A stretch of 64,000 nt of DNA from Raja brachyura (GCA_963514005.1 OY740783.1:32922001-32986000); one strand, 5' to 3'. Positions 27,211 through 40,699 are shown, numbered from the stretch's first letter. The notes: generated from the sequence alone by a model not told the origin. Numbers and translations: made by a program.

Positions 27211-29189
27211 CTTCACATTTTCCTCCAGTTGCTGCCTGACCCATTGAAAGTGGTCTGTTAATTTACTCAAATGGATCCAATTTGAAAACCTTGGATGAGC
27301 TCTAAAGTTTTATTTTACACAAGGGTATGGCCAAGAAATGCATTTAATTTTTTTTTCTCATTAATTCAAAACAAACAGGTTATGGAGTACCATATTAATG
27401 AATAAATACTGTATTTCAACAGAATTAAATTGAATAAGTACTGCTGCAGTATTTTAAATAGCATACTCAGATCAAGTTTGCTGACACAGCAGGAAGATAG
27501 CGCAAACTGTCTCCCAACCCAATCACACACACAGAAGGCCAAAAGATAGCTACGCCTAACAATATTTGCAATAAGCCATGGCACTCGGATTTGAAATACT
27601 GTACACCCAAACTTGTCAACAGTTCATCATAAGCATGCGTTCTGCAAGTTATTTCCCTTCAGCTTTCAACAAACTTCAAAATATGTCATGCTCTATGTTT
27701 AAAAACCATGCAAAGCTAAAAACAAAACTCAGGAACCCGGCAGAGACATCAAACATTTGCGTCCCAACTAAAGGACGCTCTTATGAACTGAAGATACGAC
27801 TGGAGAATTCGACGAAGATTTTTTTTAAATGGACGGAACAGCAATTTTAGGTCAGCCTGGCGTCTGGGCAGGTTAAGCAGTCAATGCAATGACAGACGGC
27901 TTCTTCATAAATTATTCATGAAATTCGAAACGGCAAATATTCATTTAATGAATAATAACATTTAAAGAATAGCAACTAAAAGATAAAACGTTCTATACTT
28001 TTGCAAGAAGACCCATACACCAATGAGGCCACGTTTGCTGTGTCAATACTACCTACGCAAATTAATCGGTAAAATGACCGCCTGCAGGAAAAAAATGTTA
28101 GTCTCAGCCAATCAAACGAACATGACAAGTGAAAAAAACTCACTCGTCTCTCAACCGAACGATCACCAAAGGTAAAAGAAAACGGAATAAATGGGGATTC
28201 AGTATTTGTGGTTAATTAAGTCTGTGTGTATTCGGTTGGACTTAGCCACCCTGCTGGGTTGGCTGCTGCTGCCAGGCCCAGGCTAACCTGCCCCCCAACA
28301 TATTTTAGATACGGTTTAGCAAGTTTGTCTCAGGATCAAAAATCCTGCCAGATATTTCGAACGGTTAAGCGAAATTAATTTGTTTTAATTCACTGAAATT
28401 GACATTACCTAATCGTCGCGATTTAATATTTATATGAAATACGCCTAGAGCCACTATGCAAATACAGTATGTCGCGATTGAAATGGCTACTGCAGAGGTT
28501 AATCAGCCTCGCCTAATCGCTTCCCAACACACATCACGTACTCGGAATCTCCATTTAATAATGCAGTTAGAGAATCGTCTGGAGTCACATTAAACTATTT
28601 AAACAATAAAGTTTGTTATTTCAATTTCAAAATCATACCAATATATCCAAACTTTACCCGTTGCTGTCTGCTGCTAGAATTCCAAAATGTGTATGACATT
28701 TAATATTTGAAATTAAATGTCAATTAACATCTGTTAACAAAATAGCAGCAGCAGTGGGCGACAAAGACACTGAATACTGTCTGTTGAGTTTTGTTCAAGG
28801 GAACAATCTCAGTTGGTTAAGTTTTACTTTAGCTACGATGGCAAGATATCGGTTCAAAAAAATAGGATAGAAACAAATGCATCAAACAGAATTAGCAGTG
28901 TTTTTCCTTTGCACTGGAAACTACGGTCCAGTGCAAAAGAATATAAAAATTTGGGGAGAAGTCGTACGTTTTTTTTTCAGAACGCGAAGGTTTGATTAGA
29001 TATATATCATGAATTAGATTGAGCAACGAAAGAACAGTTCACAGTAAGTTTTAAACTCTTTAATCCCCCCCACCCCCATCCCATCTCAGCTTTCCACTGT
29101 CGGCATCTGAACTGTCAGTCACTACTTGTCCCGTAAACGAAAAGTTGAAATAGCGTTTAAAGAAATCATAAACCTTCCCCAACCCGCAC

Positions 29190-29324
29190 CTTTGCATTTT
29201 GAAAGGCTTCCAGCGCTCGGAAGGCTGTCTCTGTCAATTTAACATGAAATACGGTGATTTTGCCGGGATTCGCTTTCCCACACGACAGCCCGTAACGTTG
29301 ATCCACAGCGAGCGCTGCCGCCAT
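29190..29324 (-). CDS. ELL2: ELL2 coding exon 1 (45 codons, [45 protein letters not shown])
   Basis: Hand translation of the minus strand. Strong Kozak context ccaagATGg and a phase-0 GT donor (aag|gtgcgg). Matches the recalled ELL2 N-terminus (QRYGLSCG...[17 protein letters not shown]) better than ELL (VKLTDSALRAFE). Confidence 0.93.
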
Positions 29325-30190
29325 CTTGGACTCGGCCCTCCGGCATCAGTTTACTGTCCCCCTCATCGTCCACGTTCTCCCTGCCGTCCCTTCCCCGGGC
29401 TCTGAAGGAACCATCCAGCAGAGCAACCGAGGGGGTAACTGTGGGGCAAATGCCTGCCACCCAACTTCTTTGGACAAGCACATCCCGCCCAGCTCGCAGC
29501 CTCTCCGACCCTCTCATTGGCTCACCCCGTCCCGACCTCCCCTCTCGCTGATGCAGGTCTCCGCTGTCTGATTGGTTGGGCGCAACGTCCATCATCCTCA
29601 CCCGGACCAATGGGAAATAATCGAATGGGATCCTTCAGCCGGGCGGAGGCGGGAGCTAACCTCAGACGCGACTGACGTCACGTCGCAGCTGGCAATCAGT
29701 CCCGGGAAGCGTGACCGCCCTCCGGTCCCGCCGGCGCTGATTGGCGCGCAGACGTCACGCACCGGACTAACTGTCATCTCGGTTGCCCGTCGCATGACGT
29801 ACATTGCTGACCGTGTAAATATGTAAATCAAATAACGTCACGGGCCGGGCCGGCTGCGGGGAACTTGGCCTCTTCGCCAAGTGACGTCCATTGAGGTGAG
29901 GTCGCGCAAGGGAAGTTTGTCTAATTACCCACGTCTTGCATTGCCACAGTGACTGCACTTCACTGCTGCTCCACGTCCACCTCTAATGCGCTTTGGGACG
30001 TGTGGGAGATGTGAACGGTACTTCATGAATGCTGCCTGCTGAGTTGCTCTAGAATTTCGCGTCTGTCTTCGGTGTAAATCAGCAAATTATGCAGTTCATT
30101 CCTACACTTTATAAATAAGAATCAGTTTTCCTTGTGTTAATTAACCGATCAAAAAAAAATCCTCACAAGGTTTGCTTCCACGTCACTCGG
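29325..30190 (-). promoter_or_regulatory. ELL2: CpG-island promoter and 5' leader of ELL2
   Basis: CpG-dense. CCAAT boxes at 29516, 29571, 29607 and 29740. GC boxes at about 29641-29653. Perfect CRE TGACGTCA at 29673-29680 plus near-CREs at 29750, 29795, 29833 and 29882. YY1-type GCCGCCATCTTG over the start codon. Confidence 0.85.
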
Positions 30191-30196
30191 AGAGGA

Positions 30197-30380
30197 TGTG
30201 TAAGAAGAAACTGCAGATGCTGGTTTAAACCGAAGATAGACACAAAAAGCTGGAGTAACTCGGCGGGACAGGCAGCATCTCTGGAGAGAAGGAATGGGTG
30301 ACGTTTCGTGTCGAGACCGAAGACGAAAGGGTGACCCGAAGCCTGTCCCGCTGAGTTACTCCAGCTTTTTGTGTCTATCA
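30197..30380. repeat. Palindromic Penelope-like repeat
   Basis: Arm 30237-30272 is inverted at 30341-30380. The minus strand retains GAAACGTCaccc. Confidence 0.65.
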
Positions 30381-33300
30381 TAGAGAGGATGTCCTGGAAC
30401 AGCAGGACTGAGCCTATTTGTTTAGAATTATGAATCAGCGGAGGTCTAATTACAAGAACTGAGGCTATTCAAACGACTGCCAACTAATGGGAAGAATATG
30501 GAGAAACAAATTTTGGGGGGAAATTACAGAGATGTGCAAAAGCAGTAGTGGTGATATTGAAAGATTTCAATGATGCGTAGATAGTCTGCAATAGCAATAA
30601 GTCAAAGGACAAAGAAGGTATGGAGTTTCGTATCTGTATTTAGGAGATCTTTAACAAGATACACAAGTATCTACAAATGATAAAAATCTAAAATAAAACA
30701 AAATGCTGGAGATACTCAGAAGTTCAGGCAGCAGCTGTGGAAAGATTCAAATTTAATCGTTTCAGGTGAATGATTCAAGAGAGAGTTAGATTTAGCTCTT
30801 GGGGCTAAGGGAATCAAGGGATATGGGGGAAAAAGTCAGAAAGGGGTACTAATTTTGGATTATCAGCCAAAATCATACTGAATGGCGGTGCTGGCTTGAA
30901 GGGCCAAATAGCCTACGCCTGCACCTATTTTTCATGTTTCTATGATCCTCCACCAGTTCTCATGAAGGGTTATCGACCTGAAATGTTAAATTACCTCTTA
31001 AATTTATTTTAAGAGAGTAGTTATTTAATCATTTTGGGTTTCATGAATTAATTAACAACACTGGAGAATGTTTGAGAACCTTTTGAAACTTTGGAGAGGC
31101 TGCAATTAGATTACTGCATTTAATTCTGAGCTTCATACTTAAGGAAGGAGGTGTAGGTCCCAGGAGGGTGCATACCGGTTTACTGGAAGTTCCAGGGTTG
31201 TGCAAACTGGAATCATTCTCATATCTGGACTAAAATAAATTAAGCAGGGATTGGAAAAATATGTACAAGATGGAGAGAAGTATAAACAAGGTGGATACAT
31301 AAAACCTGTTGCCCTTTGCTGATGCTACTGATCATGGATTTGAGGTATTAAATTAGAACTGTGTGGTGGATGTGAAGATACACTTTAATGTAGATTGTGG
31401 AAGGTGCTCTCATCATTTGAGCATTTTCTGCAATCTTTCTTCTTATTTTAGAATTCCATTATTAAGGTATTTTACCTTTATTACTGGTGTAATGTCGACC
31501 TAGGTGTCAGTTTAGACATGGAAACCAGCCTTGTGTCTTTTGATATCATCCAGGGATACCATGCAGATGAAATCAAGAATCAAGTCAATGGATATGTTTA
31601 AGGCAGAGATAGTTAGATTCTTGATCAGTACAGGTGTCAGGGGTTATGGCAAGAAGGTTAGATAATGGGGTTAGGAGGGAGAGATAGATCAGTCATGATT
31701 GAATGACTTGATGGGCCAAATGGCCTAATTCTGCTTCTATAACTTATGACCTTGTGATGAAGCTGCAAACATGGCCAAAATAATTTTACAAAAATAAAGC
31801 ATTTGTGTAGATGCTGTGCTATGAATGGAGAGATAAGTGAAAATTTGCTTGCTTTGAATTTGCACGTATTTGCAAACCTTATGAGTGGTTATTTTAATCT
31901 CTGATCATCTTAATGAAACTGAACTACAAAGTGAACTACAAAAACCCAGTCTAAGTGAGCTACAGGTATTGCAGGAACTCCATTTGTCTATTTAAATATG
32001 GTTTATATTGTAAGCCCAACAAAACTCTGATGGCAGACAGGAAGGACACTATGGAAGTGCCTAGTATTCATACCGGAGTTTTACGATATCTTATCTTTGC
32101 TCTTGAAACCTCCAACCTTTCTCTTGCTATCTGTTCAAATTTCCTCAGAATCTTTCTCTTTCATTGTGCATTTGCAGACTTAATCTTCCATGAAAAGCAC
32201 CTCAGGATAGTTAATCAAGTAAATGGATTTATTCAAATGCCATTTGATCGTGTTGCTTTATATACACCAAGCTGCTTTCACATATCTTTGACTTCAAAAT
32301 GAACTGATGTTTTTGAGCATCTTGAAGGAAATTATTGCCCTTTTGCTAGGGTTAATTATAGTTTTGAAATTTTGCAGTGCCTGTAAAGGGTGATGGCGAT
32401 TGTGGGCTCTGCGAGCTTTCTGTAGGGCTCACTGGTAATTAATTTATACTGCTCACAATGCTTAATGGGGAGCTGGCAGAGGAAGTCTAGTACAGTTCAG
32501 TTTAGTTTATTGTTACGTGTACCGAGGTACAGTGAAAAGTTTTTGTTGCGTGCTATCCATTCAGCAGAAAGACAAACATGATTACAATCGAGCCATTTAC
32601 ATTGTATAGATACATGATAAGGCAATAGGATTAGAGATTTAAGAGTGTGGTGCGATTGCAACATGTGTTTGTAGGTCTGCTTCTATGACTAGAATGCAAA
32701 TAGTCGCCTGGTTTGGGCGCCATCTTGGAAGCAAGGCTGTTAAATATGGTGTTTTGGGGGCGTATGTATGCACAAAAGGTGGTTTAAAAAGAGGTAAATT
32801 AGTGAGGATTCAGCCAGAATTGAAATAATCAATGAAAATGTGAGTTGGAAAGAGAAGTGGGTAGAATCAGTGATAGTCTGTAAAATCAGGAGGTTCAAAG
32901 TTAATTATAGGACTGTAGGTCAGAGGGGTGAGTTGCAGGTGGGATTGAGAGCAAAAGAGGTTGGTAACATGTGAGGTCAGATGTTTTGGAGGCGGTTGTC
33001 AATAGGAACAGGTATTTGGGTTGACATTTTGCCACAGGTGGTATTGGAGGCTCATGGTGCTTGGAAGCAGATAAAATTAGTTTGAAGGATTGATTTCAGA
33101 TATAGTTACGGATCAGATTTGGTCAGATATGCATATCTTGGGATAATAAAACTTTAGAAAATAGTCTATGCCTTTATAACTACTACCAAAATGCATGGCA
33201 CCACACTGTTCTACTCTATTCCATCTGCCATTTATTTCCCCTCTCTACCAATCTGTCTAAGTCGTTCTGCAGAGTACCTGCTTTCTCTACACTGTGCCCT

Positions 33301-33464
33301 CCACCTACATGGACACCACCTGTCATTCCTTCATTCAGCATTACTCTGGTAATGGATGGACAGGTCAGTGTGAGAAAGGGAAGGAGTTTGAAATGGCATA
33401 CTATTCCTTACACAGTTTCTGACCAGCTGAACGTCACTTCATTGAGGGCTATGGACATTATAGC

Positions 33465-34125
33465 CAATAGACAATAGGTGCAAGAGTAGGCCATTCGGCC
33501 CTTTGAGCCAGCCATTCAATGTGATCATGGCTGATCATCCCCAATCAGTACCCCTTTCCTGCCTTCTCCCCATATCCCCTGACTCTGCTATCTTTGAGCC
33601 CTATCTAGCTGTCTGTTGAAAGTATCCAGAGAACCGGCCTCCACCGCCCTCTGAGGCAGAAAATTCCACAGACTCACAATCTCTGTGTGAAAAAGTGTTT
33701 TCTCTTCTCCGTTCTAAATAAATTACCCCTTATTCTTAAACAGTGGCCCCTGGTTCTGGCCTTCCCCCTACATCGGTAACATGTTTCCAGCCACTTGCGT
33801 GTCCAAGCCCTCAATAATCTTATATTCTCTCAGCATATCACAGTCCCGCCATCCCGGGAATTAACCTTGTAAACCTATGCTGCACTCCCTCAATAGCAAT
33901 AATGCCCTTCCTCAAATTAGGAGACCAAAACTGCACACAATACTCCAGGTGTGATCTCACTAGGGCCCTATACAGCTGTAGAAGGACCTCTTTGCTCCTA
34001 TACTCAACTCCTCTTGTTATGAAGGCCAACATGCCATTTTTTGTTCTTCACTGCCTGCTGTACTTGCATACTTACTTTCATTGACTGATGAACAAGGATT
34101 CCCAGATGCCATTGTACTTCCCCTT
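33465..34125 (-). mobile_element. CR1 3' fragment with (CTATTGT)-type tail
   Basis: ORF 33838-34032 MLAFITRGVEYRSKEVLLQLY and the shared 3'UTR. Confidence 0.85.
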
Positions 34126-34652
34126 TAGTAAATGAAGCATTCCCAATATGAAATTCTGGTGTTTTACACCAGTTTGGGGGATGCACTGCAGGTTACACTT
34201 ACAAAGGTGAATACAATGATCCAGGTTCAATCCTGAACTTGAGGGCTGTCTGTGAGGAGTGTGTGCATTCTCTAAATGTGTTTTTCTGGGTTCTTCAGTT
34301 TCACCCCACAAGGCTCGCAACCCAAAACATCATCTATCCATGTTCTCCAGAGATGATACCTGACCCGCTGAGTTACTCCGGCACTTCGTGTCATTCTTGT
34401 AACCCAGCATCTTCAGTTTTGGTGAACTTTTGTAACTTTGTTGGCGACATGTGGCGACTTTTATGTACTGCCTAGATGAGGTCTGCTGTACGATTTTACC
34501 AAGTTGCATGCAAAACTAAGCATTTCACTGCACCTAGATACATGTGACTAAGCATCATTAAACCATTGAATTTAATTCCTGTGAATATATCCTAAAGTTT
34601 GTGTGTTGATAGACTAATCGGCCACTAAATTGCTCCTAGTGTGTGGATGAGT

Positions 34653-35301
34653 CTCCTCGTTGGATTGCAGCCTTGTCGTGGTCGGGGAGCTTGTGTGTCT
34701 CAGTGACCCCCTAGAGCTATGCCAGCGGGAGATTCGTCTCATAGAATCATAGAAAATAGGTGCAGGAGTAGGCCATTCGATCCTTCGAGCCTACACTGCC
34801 ATTCAATATGATCATGGCTGATCATCCAACTCAGTATCCTGTACCTGCCTCGCAGGTCTCCTGTTAGGGTCTCCTATGCTGGACAGATCGAAGGGGAGAG
34901 GCGAGACGAAGAGCGATCCACTAATCCTCCAGATTGGAGGTTGAGCACAGGGCTAACAGCCCTGTCTCGTAAAACAAATATGTTATGGAAACAGCAACTG
35001 AAGGAATCAACACAACTGGGCGTGATGGACTTCCAGGGCTATCGACAGATGCTAGGATGAATGTCAATGGTGAAAGAAGAGATCCAGACAGCATCCCAAG
35101 AATAGCTCTGCACTGGACACTGGAAGGAAAAAGGAAAAGAGGGAGATCCAAAACCACCTGGCGTCGAACTGTAGAGGAGGAAATGAAAACAATGGACCTG
35201 TCCTGGGGTAGTGTCCAGAAGCTAGCCCAGAACAGACAGGAGTGGAGGACCTTCGTTGCTGCCCTACATGCCAGGAGGCATAATAGGCAGTAAGTAAGTA
35301 A
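34653..35301 (+). mobile_element. Non-autonomous bipartite RTE element (5'UTR fused to ORF 3' end) with 12-bp TSD; small CR1 tail nested at about 34738-34849
   Basis: TSD gtgtggatgagt at 34641-34652 and 35302-35313. RTE-type 5' motif gccttgtcgtgg..gagctatgcc. C-terminus IALHW..EGKRKRGR.K.TWRRTV...W..FVAAL. (TAAG)n tail. Confidence 0.85.
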
Positions 35302-36247
35302 GTGTGGATGAGTGGTAGAACCGGAAAGTATTGAGAATCCAAGGAAATAAAAATAATTAATGTGAGGATGCAGCTCTGCGCATTTGTGGAAACATAAAAA
35401 GGGATAAATACAACATAGAAACCTGTGTATTGCAGGATGCAGTTGCACAGTTGAAAACATGTAGCTGTACTACCTCTGACATGCTAAGAAAATCATCTAT
35501 CTACTCACATTTTTTACATCTGCAGGCCATGCTTTGTGTCAAAATGATACATCTCATAAAGCTCTCTCATCTGCATACATTAGATTCCTTCAGAACATCT
35601 ACTTGGTAACAGGACCAATTGGTCAAACAACTTCATTTGTTAGTCTTAATAACTATTTATGAGGGCAGATGAATAGGTGAGTCACTGCAGCTGAGAGTAA
35701 AGGACATTCAATTAAATGAGAAGAAGGGGATACGGTGCTGAATATTTCTAGTCAACACACTTTGAACCATGACATTAAATTGAACCTACTAAGAAATGTG
35801 ATGGTCTTCTAATGATCCAGAATCTGGACCAGCATCATAGGTTTTCACTCACTTTACACTAATCAGATACTAATGCTTACTTAGGAAGGATCCTTCTGGA
35901 TAGCACTTTTTGCATAGTGGAACAATTAAGCATAATTCCTTTTTTTAGAAGCATTTTTCATTGGGAAGGATGTCATTTGGAAACTATTGATACATGGACT
36001 CAAATGCTTTCCAGTTGCAGACATAGTCAATGAAGTATGAAAAACTGAGTAATGCCACCACGTTCCATGTTTGATTTATGGAAGTTTATATTCTATAGTC
36101 TGGAAATGCATCATTAAATAATGACCTGAGTGTGCTCATCATGACATCCTCTCACACACAAGTTTAAAGCATCCTGACATTTATGACTGAAGTACTGCTA
36201 ATAAACTGCAAATGTAAAATATAACAGCATAGTGAATCTTGGTCACT

Positions 36248-38849
36248 GAGAAAGGCGGGAGAGAGAAAACGTGGAATTATAGACCGGTTAGCCTGACATT
36301 GGTGGTGGGGAAGATGCTGGAGTCAATTATAAAAGATGGGATAGCCGCACATTTGGATAGCAGTAACAGGATCGGTCCGAGTCAGCATGGATTTATGAAG
36401 GGGAAAGCATGCTTGACTAATCTTCTGGAATTTTTTGAAGATGTAACTAGGAAAATGGACAAGGGAGAGCCAGTGGATGGTAGTGTACCTGGACTTTCAG
36501 AAAGCATTTGATAAGGTCCCACATAGGAGATTTGTGGGCAAAATTAGGGCACATGGTATTGGGGGTAGAGAAAAACAACGAGTAGGGATTAACGGGTCCC
36601 TTTCAGGATGGCAGGCAGTGACTAGTGGGGTACCGCAAGGCTCGGTGCTGGGACCGCAGCTATTTACAAAATACAAATCAACGATTTGGATGAAGGGATT
36701 CAAAGTAACATTAGCAAATTTGCAGGTGACCATTGAAACATAGAAATTAGGTGCAGGAGTAGGCCATTCGGCCCTTCGAGCCTGCGCCGCCATTCAATAT
36801 GATCATGGCTGATCATCCAACTCAGTATCCCGTACCTGCCTTCTCTCCATACCCTCTGATCCCCTTAGCCACAAGGGCCACATCTAACTCCCTCTTAAAT
36901 ATAGCCAATGAACTGGCCTCAACTACCCTCTGTGGCAGAGAGTTCCAGAGACCCACCACTCTCTGTGTGAAAAAATTCCTTCTCATCTGTCCTAAAGGAT
37001 TTCCCCCTTATTCTTAAGCTGTGACCCCTTGTCCTGGACCTCCCCAACATCGGGAACAATCTTCCTACATCTAGCCTGTCCAACCCCTTAAGAATCTTGT
37101 AAGTTTCTATAAGATCCCCTCTCAATCTCCTAAATTCTAGAGAGTATAAACTGAGTCTATGCAGTCTTTGTTCATAAGACAGTCCTGACATCCCAGGAAT
37201 CAGTCTGGTGAACCTTCTCTGCACTCCCTCTATGGCAATAATGTCCTTCCTCAGATTTGGAGACCAGAACTGTACGCAATACTCCAGGTGTGGCCTCACC
37301 AAGACCCTATACAACTGAAGTAGAACCTCCTTGCTCCTATACTCGAATCCTTTTGCTATGAAAGCTAACATACCATTCGCTTTCTTCACTGCCTGCTGTA
37401 CCTGCATGCCTACTTCCAATGACTGGTGTACCATGACACCCAGGTCGCGCTGCATCTCCCCTTTTCCTAATCGGCCTCCATTTAGATAATAGTCTGTTTT
37501 CCTATTTTTGCCACCAAAGTGGATAACCTCACATTTATCCACATTATACTGCATCTGCCAAACATTTGCCCACTCACCCAGCCTATCCAAGTCACCTTGC
37601 AGTCTCCTAGCATCCTCCTCACAGCTAACACTGCCCCCCAGCTTAGTGTCATCCACAAACTTGGAGATATTGCCTTCAATTCCCTCATCCAGATCATTTA
37701 TGTATATTGTAAATAGCTGGGGTCCCAGCACTGAGCCTTGCGGTACCCCACTAGTCACTGCCTGCCATTGTGAAAACGACCCGTTTACTCCTACCCTTTG
37801 CTTCCTGTTTGCCAGCCAGCTCTCTATCCACATCAATACTGAACCCCCAATGCCGTATGCTTTAAGTTTATATACTAATCTCTTATGTGGGACCTTGTTG
37901 AAAGCCTTCTGGAAATCCAGATACACCACATCCACTGGTTCTCCCCCATCCACGCTGGGTGGCAGTGTGAACTGTGAGGGGGATTCTATGAGAATGCAGG
38001 GTGACTTGGACAGGTTGGGGGAGTGGGCAGATGCATGACAGATGAAGTTTATTGTGGATAAATGTGAGGTTATCCACTTTGGTAGCAAAAACAGGAAGGC
38101 AGATTACTATCTAAATGGCGTCAAGTTGGGAAAAGGGGGAGTACAACGGGATCTGGGGGTCCTTGTACATCAGTCTATGAAAGTAAGCATGCAGGTACAG
38201 CAGGCAGTGAAGAAAGCAAATGGCATGTTGGCCTTTATAACAAGAGGAATCGAATATTGGAGCAAAGAGGTCCTTCTGCAGTTGTACAGAATCATAGTGA
38301 GACCACATCTGGAGTATTGTGTGCAGTTTTGGTCCCCTAATTTGAGGAAGGACATTCTTGCTATTGAGGGAGTGCAGTGTAGGTTTACAAGGTTAATTCC
38401 CAGAATGGCGGGACTGTCATATGCTGAGAGAATGGAGCAGCTGGGCTTGTACCCTCTGGAGTTTAGAAGGATGAGAGGAGATCTCATTGAAACATATAAG
38501 ATTGTTAAGGGCTTGGACACACTCTGGCAGGAAACATGTTCCCGATGTTGGGGGAGTCCAGAACCAGGGGTCTGATGAAGTTAGCCATTTAGAACGGAGA
38601 CGAGGAAACACTTTTTCTCACAGAGAGTGGTGAGTCTGTGCAATTCTCTGCCTCAGAGGGCGGTGGAAGCACGTTCTCTGGATTCTTTCAAGAGAGAGCT
38701 AGATAGGGCTCTTAAGAATAGCAGAGTCAGGGGATTTGGGGAGAAGGCAGGAACGGGATATTGATTGGGGATGATCAGCCATGATCACATTGAATGCTGG
38801 TGCTGGCTCGATGGGGCAAATGGCCTACTCCTGCACCTATTGCCTATTG
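36248..38849 (+). mobile_element. CR1 (+) split by a second-family CR1 on the minus strand (about 36735-37952)
   Basis: Host RT runs to ...agcaaatttgcaggtgac (36730) and resumes at gctgggtggcagtgtg (37954). The insert starts with a (GAAACATA) tail. Confidence 0.9.
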
Positions 38850-39518
38850 ACACTGCCTCAGAACATACCTTCATCAGAATTTGGCTAGATCTGCATTTTG
38901 ACATATCATAAGGGACTGCAAAACCAATGTATTATTTACAACATGTATTTGAAACGTCATTTGCAAGTGCAAACGATGACTTCAATGTAATGCAGATTTT
39001 TTAAGCAGGTTCTTTATGATCATCTTATAGCCGGTCTTCACTGGCCTAACATGGGCAAGACTATGAGTCAGCTTCCTTTCTAAAAGTGACCTCTGACTGA
39101 AATAGAGTAATTGAGTCAAATATACATTCGGCCCAACTCGCCCCTGCCAAACAATGTCCCATCTAAGCAAGATGCCTCATGTTTGAATTGGTGGGAAAAA
39201 AACTCCCTGAACACTACAGCAAAGACTTTGCTTGAATTCTCTCAGTCGTCAGTTTGCTAAAGCAGTAATCAAGACCCAATAAAAAAACATCTGGAAATTA
39301 CATCTGCAGTGTTATCACCAACTATTTTGTCCACTTGACGATGTTAGACTTGCACTTCTCTGAAATCAATGGTGTCCTTTCAAGGCTTTTCCTTGTATGA
39401 AACCTCATCCAAAATGTATGGCATGAGTAGATTCGCCAACGCCTCATGTCTCCACACATACCAACAGTATCATCTTCTTCTTGCACATCATCACATTTGT
39501 CTGTCCTCTCCTCCTCAC

Positions 39519-40127
39519 ATAAAAACATAGAAAATAGGTGCAGTAGTAGGCCATTCGGCCCTTTGAGCCAGCACCGCCATTTAATGTGATCATGGCTGAT
39601 CATCCCCAACATGCCATTTGCTTTCTTCACTGCCTGCTGCACCTGCATGCTTACTTTCAGTGACTGGTGTACATGCACACCCAGATCTCGTTGCACCTCC
39701 CTTTCTCCTAATGTGACACCATTCAGATCATAATCTGCCTTCCTGTTCTTGCCACCAAAGTGGATAACCTCACATTTATCCATATTATACTGCATCTGCA
39801 TTTTTCTGCCCACTCTCCCAACTTATCCAAGTCGCCCTGGAGCCTTATAGCATCCTCCTTGCTGCTCACACTGCCACCTAGCTTACTACCTAGCTTTGTG
39901 TCATCCGCAAACTTGGAGATGTTACATTTAATTCCCTCGTCTAAATCATTAATATATATGCTGTAAACAACTGGGACCCCACCACTGAGCCTTGCAGCAG
40001 CCCACGAGACACTGCCTGCCATTCTGAAAAATACCTGTTAATTCCTACTTTTTGCTTCCTGTCTGCCAACCAGTTCTCTATCCATGTCAATACTCTACCC
40101 CAACACCATGTGCTCTAATTTTGCACA
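39519..40127 (-). mobile_element. Internally deleted CR1
   Basis: RT motifs ISKFADDTK and DKCEVIHFG joined directly to the 3'UTR at about 39606. Confidence 0.8.
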
Positions 40128-40259
40128 CCTTGCTCACCTCACCTCAATTTTTCTCACCTCACCTCACCTGAGTCCTTGACAATCCTATTATGTCTTACAA
40201 ACATTTCCACTCAATTCATTTAAATGGACGATGACTGAGTTCACTCAAATTTCTACATT

Positions 40260-40390
40260 AGTCTGAAGAAGGGTTTCGGCCCGAAACATTGCCTATTTCC
40301 TTCGCTCCATAGATGCTGCAGCACCCGCTGAGTTTCTCCAGCACATTTGTCTACCTTCGATTTTCCAGCATCTGCAGTTCCTTCTTAAAC
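40260..40390 (+). repeat. Second-subfamily Penelope-like repeat with hammerhead core
   Basis: agtCTGAAGAaGGGTttcgGCCCGAAAcattg ... ccagcatctgcagttccttc. Confidence 0.65.
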
Positions 40391-40699
40391 ATCACTCAAA
40401 TTTCTCCAGGTTGCTGATCTAGCCAACACATCCATTACTGGCCATCATCACTGTTCCACGCCCAATGGCATTATAATGACTGAGCTATTTTGTGCTGATT
40501 GCATAAATAAGTAGCAGAGTTTCAGTTTCAATTTCTGTTTTGTTTCAGTTTCAGTCTAGCTTATTGCCACGTGTACCGAGGTACAGTGAAAAGCTTTTGT
40601 TGTGTGCTATCTAGTGAGCAGAAAGAAAATACATGATTACAATCGAGCCATTACAGTGTATAGATACATGATAAGGGAATAACATTAAGTGCAAGGTAG

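Larger units (their letters stand above)
4630..29189 (-). other. ELL2: ELL2 intron 1 (about 24.6 kb, TE-rich)
   Basis: GT at 29189-29188 and AG at 4631-4630 join exons 1 and 2 in frame. Confidence 0.85.

Noticed and set aside
29199-29958. Track ORFs over the CpG island as genes
   Set aside because: These are expected in GC-rich promoter DNA. The true exon 1 is a 135-nt segment below the ORF cutoff.
36919-38088. 389-aa ORF as a novel protein
   Set aside because: It is a chimera of antisense host CR1 sequence and a nested CR1 RT fragment.
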